Shown here: piece after piece, positions 57,623 to 64,000 of the stretch | How the letters are laid out: every line of letters begins with the position of its first letter | Position numbering within the stretch: position 1 is the stretch's first letter | From: a candidate division TA06 bacterium B3_TA06 | GTDB lineage: Bacteria; Hydrothermota; Tepidihabitantia; B3-TA06 | DNA: 64,000 nt | Assembly: GCA_005223075.1 (NCBI GenBank) | Contig: NJBO01000002.1 | Location: 1,836 to 65,835, forward strand | Reading direction: 5' to 3' | Translations under genes and position numbers: made by a program | The notes under the pieces: generated by a model | What the model was told of the DNA's origin: nothing | Seen by the model: only the letters and a program-made list of their open reading frames with translations | The model's database searches: none

Positions 57623-57682
57623 GTGTTACGAGGTATTACGGGGTGTTACGGGGTGTTACGAGGTGTTACGGGGTGTTACGGG
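57623..57682 (+). repeat. 6 x 10-nt tandem repeat GTGTTACGRG
   Basis: Read directly; last unit encodes the start of the conserved CoaE domain. Confidence 0.9.
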
Positions 57683-58266
57683 TAGGTGTAACCGGTCGGG
57701 CAGGCTCAGGCAAGTCAACCTTTGCCCGGATGCTTGCCGAAAACCGAGCCAGCATCCTGGATGCAGACAAGATCGCATGGAAACTATACTCCAATCCTAC
57801 TGTCCGCAAGAACCTCGCCGAAGCGTTCGGCAGGAAGATCTTCAACAAAGAGGGGGCCGTTGATCGAAAAAGCCTGGGGGAAATCGTCTTCACGAACCCG
57901 GAAAAGCTAAAGCGACTGAACGCCATCATCCACCCTCTGCTTGTGGGCGAACTCAAACATCGGATAACCCGATCCTCTCAAAAAGTGGTAATCATAGACG
58001 CAGCCCTTCTACTTGACTGGCCTCTGGCTCGTGAATGCGATCTTCTGATAGCCGTCCTCGCCCAGGAAGATATCTCGGTTGCCAGATTAACAAAGAAAGG
58101 GACAAGCCCAAACCGAACCAGGGCAATACTGGCAACCCAACGCCCAGAGCAAGAGTTTCGCACACTCTGTCATGTGGTAGTAGAAAACAACAAGGATTTG
58201 AGTGAACTAAAACTCAAGGCCGATAAGATTTGGCAAGAAAGGATTAAACCTTTACTCGACACTTAG
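57673..58266 (+). CDS. coaE: Dephospho-CoA kinase (start uncertain)
   Basis: VGVTGRAGSGKST, DADKIA, LNAIIHP. Confidence 0.93.
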   Translation: MLRVGVTGRAGSGKSTFARMLAENRASILDADKIAWKLYSNPTVRKNLAEAFGRKIFNKEGAVDRKSLGEIVFTNPEKLKRLNAIIHPLLVGELKHRITRSSQKVVIIDAALLLDWPLARECDLLIAVLAQEDISVARLTKKGTSPNRTRAILATQRPEQEFRTLCHVVVENNKDLSELKLKADKIWQERIKPLLDT

Positions 58267-58314
58267 CGTCCCAGACGGAATCACAATTTGATATTAGGAT
58301 AGTGTTCCGGATTA

Positions 58315-58498
58315 CCTACATTCAACGTTGAAGTGCAACACCGAGGTTAGCGACTTCGAGGGAAGTTTTAAAGCCCAGGACACTTTGCTCCGTGTCCATC
58401 GCCCTTTGGTCTGAGTCTGTTGTTTAGCCTTGATTGCTCCGTATACGTCGCCCTCCGGTCTATCAACTTGATTTCCTCGCCACTGATTTTAGCGAAGT
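58315..58498 (-). mobile_element. IS30 right-end remnant carrying two 24-nt inserts
   Basis: First 27 nt are the exact reverse complement of 38104-38130; similarity continues along the transposase 3' end. Confidence 0.88.
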
Positions 58499-58501
58499 AG
58501 C

Positions 58502-58529
58502 GTAGGGGCCGACCTTCAGGTCGGCCCGC
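58502..58529 (+). repeat. GTAG REP
   Basis: gtaggggccgaccttcaggtcggcccgc. Confidence 0.85.
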
Positions 58530-58744
58530 TTTTATGATTTGGATGACTCGCAGACAAAGGATTAATGAAGGTAACCATACAGTTCGTTAAGGAGGCTTAG
58601 ACTCCTTGAGTGATATGACCACCTCCTTGCGAAGCCGTCATACGATACCTTCTTTCAAACATTTCGAGTAGATTTCCGGTAAGGCAATGCGAACACTTGA
58701 CAAGTTACAGAAATCGGATAAACTTCTCCATCAAAGGAGGATGC

Positions 58745-59131
58745 ATGAAAAAGTTGCTCTTGCTTATCCCTCTCGTTGCAATGATTGCGCTCAGCGGATG
58801 CGCGTGGCAAGCCGTTTCTAAGGTCCCCCCACCGAAAGACGTATTCATGACAACCGGCGACATGAAGGACGGCGACTACGAACCAGTAGGAATGGTTAGT
58901 GCGATGCGCATCGAACTGGCATTCAGCTGTCTCGGTATCCTGCCCCCTCTCTATCCCATGATAGGGCCACAGGCACAAGACTTGCTTTTTGAGCAGCTGG
59001 CCAAGGAAGCCAAGAGGATGGGTGCCAACGCCGTAATCAATATAAGAACCTCTGTCATACCTGCCCCGATCATCCCAGGGCTTATCTGGATACCTGTGGT
59101 TAACATGAGCGGCATGGCGATCAAGATGTAG
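58745..59131 (+). CDS. YbjQ/heavy-metal-binding-like lipoprotein
   Basis: LSGC lipobox; YEPVGMV, L.KEAKRMGANAVINIR, SGMAIK. Confidence 0.75.
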   Translation: MKKLLLLIPLVAMIALSGCAWQAVSKVPPPKDVFMTTGDMKDGDYEPVGMVSAMRIELAFSCLGILPPLYPMIGPQAQDLLFEQLAKEAKRMGANAVINIRTSVIPAPIIPGLIWIPVVNMSGMAIKM

Positions 59132-59147
59132 GCTTTCAAAGATTCAA

Positions 59148-59174
59148 AGAGGGTGCCCAGGCACCCTCTTTTTT
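59148..59174 (+). terminator. Intrinsic terminator
   Basis: agagggtgcc-ca-ggcaccctct followed by a T run. Confidence 0.75.
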
Positions 59175-59177
59175 CTT

Positions 59178-59214
59178 ACCCCACTCGGTCGCTTCACGAC
59201 CGAGCGGGGACCCC
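59178..59214 (-). mobile_element. 37-nt GGGGTCCCC...GGGGT hairpin element
   Basis: Reverse complement ggggtcccc-gctcggtcgt-gaa-gcgaccgagt-ggggt. Confidence 0.7.
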
Positions 59215-59345
59215 TGAACTATTTAGACCTGGCAATCCGAAGATATAACCTTGCGAAATACAAGTTATGCATTATCAGGTCTTACAAGGATCAACATAAC
59301 CTCCAGACCCGTTGACAATCCGCACTTTCTGATTAATATCAACGA

Positions 59346-60803
59346 ATGGAGCTTTCGTTTGATCTCTCAAAATCCACTCGCAGGGCGTTCCGCTTCAGCG
59401 AACTGGATGTCCCTGAAAGGAAGATATCGGAGTTCATACCTGAGCGCTATATTCGCAAACAAGATGCCTTGCTACCCGAGGTTGCCGAACCCGAGCTGGC
59501 CAGACATTTTGTGCACCTTTCCACCCTCAACCACCATATGGACAAGGGCTTCTACCCCCTGGGCTCGTGCACCATGAAGTACAACCCAAAGATCAACGAG
59601 GATGTTGCCCGTCTTGCGGGATTCGCAGACCTTCATCCCCTGGCACCGGTGAGTATAACTCAGGGAGCGCTTCAGTTGATGTATGAGTTGGAGAAACTTC
59701 TTTCCGAGATCTCGGGATTCGATGCGGTAACCCTCCAGCCCTCGGCAGGCGCGCAGGGGGAGCTTTGCGCAAACCTTATCACCCGTGCCTACTTCAAACA
59801 CAAGAACGAGAATCGAACCAAGGCCATTATACCCGACTCGGCACACGGCACCAACCCTGCAAGCGTAATACTTTCAGGCTTCGAGTCCGTAACCGTGCGT
59901 TCAAATCCTCAAGGCCTTATTGATCTTGAGGATCTTGAGAGCAAGCTCTCGCCGGATACAGCACTCATCATGATCACCAACCCCAACACCCTTGGACTCT
60001 TCGAGCCCGATATCTCCAAGGTGATCGAGAAGGTGCACTCGGCAGGTGCCCTTGCCTACCTTGATGGAGCCAACCTCAACGCACTCATGGGGATAGTCAA
60101 GCCGGTCGAGATGGGCTTTGATCTCATGCACTTCAATCTGCACAAGACCTTTTCCACGCCGCACGGCGGCGGAGGACCGGGATCAGGCCCGGTTGGAATG
60201 ACCAAGGAGCTTGAGGCATTCCGACCCGTACCGGTAACGGAAAAGCATGGTGAAACCTACCGCCTGAACTATGAACGGCCGCTCTCCATCGGCAAACTAC
60301 AGGCCTTCTACGGCAACTTTCTGGTGATGGTCAAAGCCTACACCTACATCCGGATACTCGGTGCTTCCGGGATAGCCGATGTGTCCAGAAACGCAATCCT
60401 CAACGCGAACTATGTAAAAAGCCTTATTGAGGATGTTCTAGAGGTGCCACATCCCCAACACTGCATGCACGAGTTTGTAGCATCGGGCAAGGCACTGCGC
60501 AAATTTAATTTAAAAACCACCGATCTGGCGAAGCGTCTTTTGGACTACGGCTATCATGCACCTACCATCTACTTCCCCCTGATCGTCTCCGAGGCGTTGA
60601 TGGTTGAGCCGACCGAAACCGAGACCGTAGAAACCCTTGAGGGCTTTGCCGAGGCTATCCATCAGATAATGCAAGAATCCAAAATCAACCCCGAGATGCT
60701 GCGTCAAGCACCTCACACCACCCCGGTGGGACGACTTGATGAGGTGCGAGCAGTCAAGGAACTAGATGTTTGCTTCAGACCTGACCGAGAAACGCAAGGC
60801 TGA
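59346..60803 (+). CDS. gcvPB: Glycine dehydrogenase (decarboxylating) subunit 2
   Basis: YPLGSCTMKYNP, SAHGTNPAS, HFNLHKTFSTPHGGGGPG. Confidence 0.96.
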   Translation: MELSFDLSKSTRRAFRFSELDVPERKISEFIPERYIRKQDALLPEVAEPELARHFVHLSTLNHHMDKGFYPLGSCTMKYNPKINEDVARLAGFADLHPLAPVSITQGALQLMYELEKLLSEISGFDAVTLQPSAGAQGELCANLITRAYFKHKNENRTKAIIPDSAHGTNPASVILSGFESVTVRSNPQGLIDLEDLESKLSPDTALIMITNPNTLGLFEPDISKVIEKVHSAGALAYLDGANLNALMGIVKPVEMGFDLMHFNLHKTFSTPHGGGGPGSGPVGMTKELEAFRPVPVTEKHGETYRLNYERPLSIGKLQAFYGNFLVMVKAYTYIRILGASGIADVSRNAILNANYVKSLIEDVLEVPHPQHCMHEFVASGKALRKFNLKTTDLAKRLLDYGYHAPTIYFPLIVSEALMVEPTETETVETLEGFAEAIHQIMQESKINPEMLRQAPHTTPVGRLDEVRAVKELDVCFRPDRETQG

Positions 60804-61113
60804 ACTCTGCACGAAGATTGCCGAGAAGGTCGTGCGGTTTCGCCTTTCGCCCTTGGCGATTCTTATGATTGAGTCTGTCAAACCGCTGAGCTTTTTGGGG
60901 AACCAGCTCATGGTCTTCTTCGCGCCTATGGTGGGTGCATTTACATCCAGCCCTGTATATGAGGAGATGACCGCGTTCCTCGAGGAACGCTCAAACCTCG
61001 AGATGCTGATCCAGAAAATCGAAGAGATGGAGAACGAATGGGTGAAGAAAGAAAAAGAAACCAAGGAAGCGAGGAGGAAAGCAAGGAGGGAAAAGCGTGG
61101 CAAAAGCAAGTAA
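60766..61113 (+). CDS. Conserved hypothetical protein
   Basis: Overlaps both neighbours; ESVKPLSFLGNQ..F..P motif. Confidence 0.7.
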   Translation: MFASDLTEKRKAELCTKIAEKVVRFRLSPLAILMIESVKPLSFLGNQLMVFFAPMVGAFTSSPVYEEMTAFLEERSNLEMLIQKIEEMENEWVKKEKETKEARRKARREKRGKSK

Positions 61114-62941
61114 AAAATTTAAAGAAATAGAAACAATCCTGGCTACGGATTGTGGGTCTACCACCACCAAGGCTATTTTAATCAAGAAGCAAGGTGATGA
61201 ATACCGGCTGGTGGTGCGGGGTGAGGCACCCACGACGGTAGAAGCTCCTTTTGAGGACGTAACCCGTGGGGCCTTAAACTCCATAAGGGAGGTGGAGGAG
61301 CTCACCGGGGAAAAGATACTCGACGGTGAAAGGATAATCAAGCCGGCCCGGTCGAAGAAGGAAGGGGTGGACGTTTATATCTCTACGTCATCGGCGGGCG
61401 GAGGCCTGCAGATGATGGTCGCAGGGGTTGTTCTGACCATGACCGGTGAGAGTGCGGCACGTGCTGCACTTGGAGCCGGCGCAATCGTGATGGACGTTAT
61501 CGCCTCCAACGACGGCAGGCTGCCCCACCAGAAGATCGAACGCATCAGGCACCTTCGGCCTGACATGATACTCCTCTCAGGCGGCGTGGACGGCGGAACC
61601 ATCTCACATGTGGCCGAGTTAGCAGAGTTGATCCGTGCAGCCGATCCGAGACCGCGTTTCGGCACCACCTACAGCCTGCCAGTGATATATGCGGGCAACA
61701 AGGACGCCCGTAAGATAATCCTCGATACACTTAAGGAAGCCACTGAGCTTGTGGTTGTCGAAAACCTACGACCCGTACTTGAACGTGAAAACCTGGGGCC
61801 GGCCCGCGACAAGATCCATGATCTCTTCATGGAACACGTGATGGCTCACGCACCCGGCTATAAGAAACTCATGGCCTGGACAGACGTACCCATCATGCCG
61901 ACACCTGGTGCAGTGGGACTTCTTATCGAAAGAATAGGCAAGCGGCAGGGAATCGACGTGCTGGGCGTTGACATAGGGGGAGCGACAACGGACATATTCA
62001 GCGTATTTCAGGATAAGTCTACAGAGGTAGAAAACCCTGAGCGAGTCTTCAACCGCACGGTAAGCGCCAACCTTGGGATGAGCTACTCGATCTCCAACGT
62101 GCTGCTGGAGGCGGGGAACGAGAACATCCTGCGATGGATCCCTTTCGAGGTTGACGTTACTGAGCTTAGAAACCGCATCCGCAACAAGATGATCCGTCCA
62201 ACCACCATCCCGGCGACACTCGAGGATTTAAAGATGGAACACGCGGTGGCCAGGGAAGCCTTAAGGCTGGCACTCAAACAGCATAGGAGCATGGCTGTAG
62301 GACTTAAGGGCATTCAGCAGGAACGCTCAATCGCCGACGCCTTCTCCCAGAAAATCTCAGGCGAGACGTTGGTCGACATGATGTCGCTTTCTCAGATTGT
62401 TGGATCAGGCGGCGCACTTTCTCACTCCCCGCGTCGAGCTCAGGCCGCGATACTGATGCTCGATGCCTTCCAGCCCGAAGGAATAACCCGCATGGCTGTG
62501 GACTCCATCTTTATGATGCCCCATCTCGGAGTCCTCACCGAGGTCAACGAAAAAGCGGCACAAGAGGTGTTTGAAAAAGACTGCCTTATCCCTCTGGGAA
62601 CAGCCATCGCCCCTGCAGGAGAAGGCAAGAAAGGCGCTGCTTGCTTGAAGGTCATCTTCAAACCCCAAAAGGGGAAGCTTCAGGAACTAACCCTCAGGTA
62701 TGGGGATCTTGTAAAGCTACCGGTGGGCGTGGACGAGAAAGCAAAAGTAGAACTCTATCCCGAACGCGGCTTCGACGTAGGAGAAGGCTCGGGCAAGAGC
62801 CTTGAGGCTCTGGTCACCGGCGGCCAGGTTGGAGTCATCATTGACTGCCGCGGCAGACCTCTCCGGCTGCCGGAGGATAAGAATGAACGCATAAATGCGC
62901 TTCGGCGATGGACCGAAGCTATGGAAATGTATCCTGCATGA
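61097..62941 (+). CDS. Glutamate mutase L (GlmL/MutL) family ASKHA ATPase, putative B12-enzyme reactivase
   Basis: TDCGSTTTK, SSAGGGL, LLSGGVDGG, MPTP.AV, VDIGGATTDIFS, RTVSANLGM. Confidence 0.85.
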   Translation: MAKASKKFKEIETILATDCGSTTTKAILIKKQGDEYRLVVRGEAPTTVEAPFEDVTRGALNSIREVEELTGEKILDGERIIKPARSKKEGVDVYISTSSAGGGLQMMVAGVVLTMTGESAARAALGAGAIVMDVIASNDGRLPHQKIERIRHLRPDMILLSGGVDGGTISHVAELAELIRAADPRPRFGTTYSLPVIYAGNKDARKIILDTLKEATELVVVENLRPVLERENLGPARDKIHDLFMEHVMAHAPGYKKLMAWTDVPIMPTPGAVGLLIERIGKRQGIDVLGVDIGGATTDIFSVFQDKSTEVENPERVFNRTVSANLGMSYSISNVLLEAGNENILRWIPFEVDVTELRNRIRNKMIRPTTIPATLEDLKMEHAVAREALRLALKQHRSMAVGLKGIQQERSIADAFSQKISGETLVDMMSLSQIVGSGGALSHSPRRAQAAILMLDAFQPEGITRMAVDSIFMMPHLGVLTEVNEKAAQEVFEKDCLIPLGTAIAPAGEGKKGAACLKVIFKPQKGKLQELTLRYGDLVKLPVGVDEKAKVELYPERGFDVGEGSGKSLEALVTGGQVGVIIDCRGRPLRLPEDKNERINALRRWTEAMEMYPA

Positions 62942-64000
62942 ACGTAATCATCCTTCTTCTTCTAACGCAGATAGGCAGACCGTTCCTAGCACGAACGGCG
63001 ATTGAACCTTACGAGAACGCACATCTGGTGATGCTTCTTTCAGAAACCATAGATACCCGCACCACCCCCACCATAGCTGAGGGCTCCGGTAGTCGGTTCA
63101 TCGTCAAGTTTGACAGCCCTCCTACCAACGCTGAGCGATCTCTTCTAAAAACAGCCGGATTCACCATCGAAGGCTACATTCCCCACTACGCGTATCTTGT
63201 AAGCGGGGAAACTCAAGCTGTCCAGGAGCTGTTGGACGCACAAACCATCTCCTGGGCTTCAACCTACGAGCCGAGATGGAAGCTGGCTCCAGGGCTTGCG
63301 TCAGGTGAAGATCACACCGATACCCTTCACGTTTTGTTGTTTGCCGACGCTGACCTTGCGGCCACTGTCCCTCTGGTGGAGGATTTAAGCGGGGTGGTTC
63401 ACTCTGCCCACGACGGCGTCAACAAAACCCTTATGATCTCGGTAGATAAGGATCGCCTCCTGGAGATCGCGGCTCTTGACGCGGTACGCTGGATCGAGCC
63501 CTTCTACGCACCCCGCTTCCACAACAACCAGGCCCAGTGGGTTCTTCAGAGCTGGCAGGCGGAGATCCGCAGCCTTTGGGACAGGGGTCTGGACGGTGAA
63601 GGCGTGGTGCTAAGCACCGGTGATTCCGGTATAAACACCGGGCACGTGGCGTACCGTGACTCTACCATTGAGATTACCGACTGGGGGAATTTCCCCACCC
63701 ACCGCAAGATCATCGCCTATCAGCCATCGGCCCCTGGGGCAACATTCGGTGATACACCCGCTACAGAATACCACGGGACCCATACCGGGTGCACGGTGTG
63801 CGGAGACGACTCCTACTGGGGCAAAGAGGCTCCTTACGACGGTATGGCTCCCAAAGCCAAACTCTACTTTGTAGATGTGGGAGGCCCATCGGGAGCACCA
63901 GCTTACCCCTCGGACTATAACGACATGTACGAACTGCCCTGGAGCGGCAACGAGGGAGGCAAAGCCAAACTCATGTCCAACAGCTGGGGCTCGGGCGGCG
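62938..64000 (+). CDS. S8 serine protease, 3' partial (not in ORF track)
   Basis: ATGA overlap; open to window end; LDGEGVVLSTGDSG, YHGTHTGCTVCG, GMAPKAKL, MSNSWG. Confidence 0.88.
   Translation, partial: MNVIILLLLTQIGRPFLARTAIEPYENAHLVMLLSETIDTRTTPTIAEGSGSRFIVKFDSPPTNAERSLLKTAGFTIEGYIPHYAYLVSGETQAVQELLDAQTISWASTYEPRWKLAPGLASGEDHTDTLHVLLFADADLAATVPLVEDLSGVVHSAHDGVNKTLMISVDKDRLLEIAALDAVRWIEPFYAPRFHNNQAQWVLQSWQAEIRSLWDRGLDGEGVVLSTGDSGINTGHVAYRDSTIEITDWGNFPTHRKIIAYQPSAPGATFGDTPATEYHGTHTGCTVCGDDSYWGKEAPYDGMAPKAKLYFVDVGGPSGAPAYPSDYNDMYELPWSGNEGGKAKLMSNSWGSGG

Noticed and set aside
59215..59345. Glycine riboswitch upstream of gcvPB
   Set aside because: No recognisable aptamer, and the promoter sits directly before the ATG.

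Overview
Bacterial chromosomal window, probably from an anaerobic FCB-related lineage such as WOR-3 (inferred from the many T9SS/FlgD-type C-terminal sorting domains; not verified). It holds about 14 secreted proteins with C-terminal sorting domains (S8 and C10 proteases, YCF48/BNR, FG-GAP, modular Ca-binding proteins) and ordinary housekeeping genes (prfA-prmC-nadK-recN, lipBA, rubrerythrin cluster, part of a V-type ATPase operon, acpP-fabF-etfBA-coaE, gcvPB, a GlmL-like gene). An HNH gene is split by an IS30 element. The most unusual signal is non-coding: several families of very small (24, 37, 37-38 and 57 nt) inserts. The 37- and 37-38-nt families have near-invariant ends around variable but self-complementary stems. 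Three families can be compared with empty targets in the window and show no obvious target duplication. One copy has frameshifted the IS30 transposase, giving the nest HNH < IS30 < 38-nt element. Other notable points: a cassette-like array bounded by REP doublets (Mrr-like nuclease plus two paralogous micropeptides) with a matching empty site 3 kb away, an orphan C-terminal module under purifying selection, DNA-level domain shuffling among secreted proteins, mostly 16-bp promoter spacers, three candidate leaderless genes, a probable CTG start and a G-tract frameshift. No rRNA, tRNA or CRISPR array was recognised.
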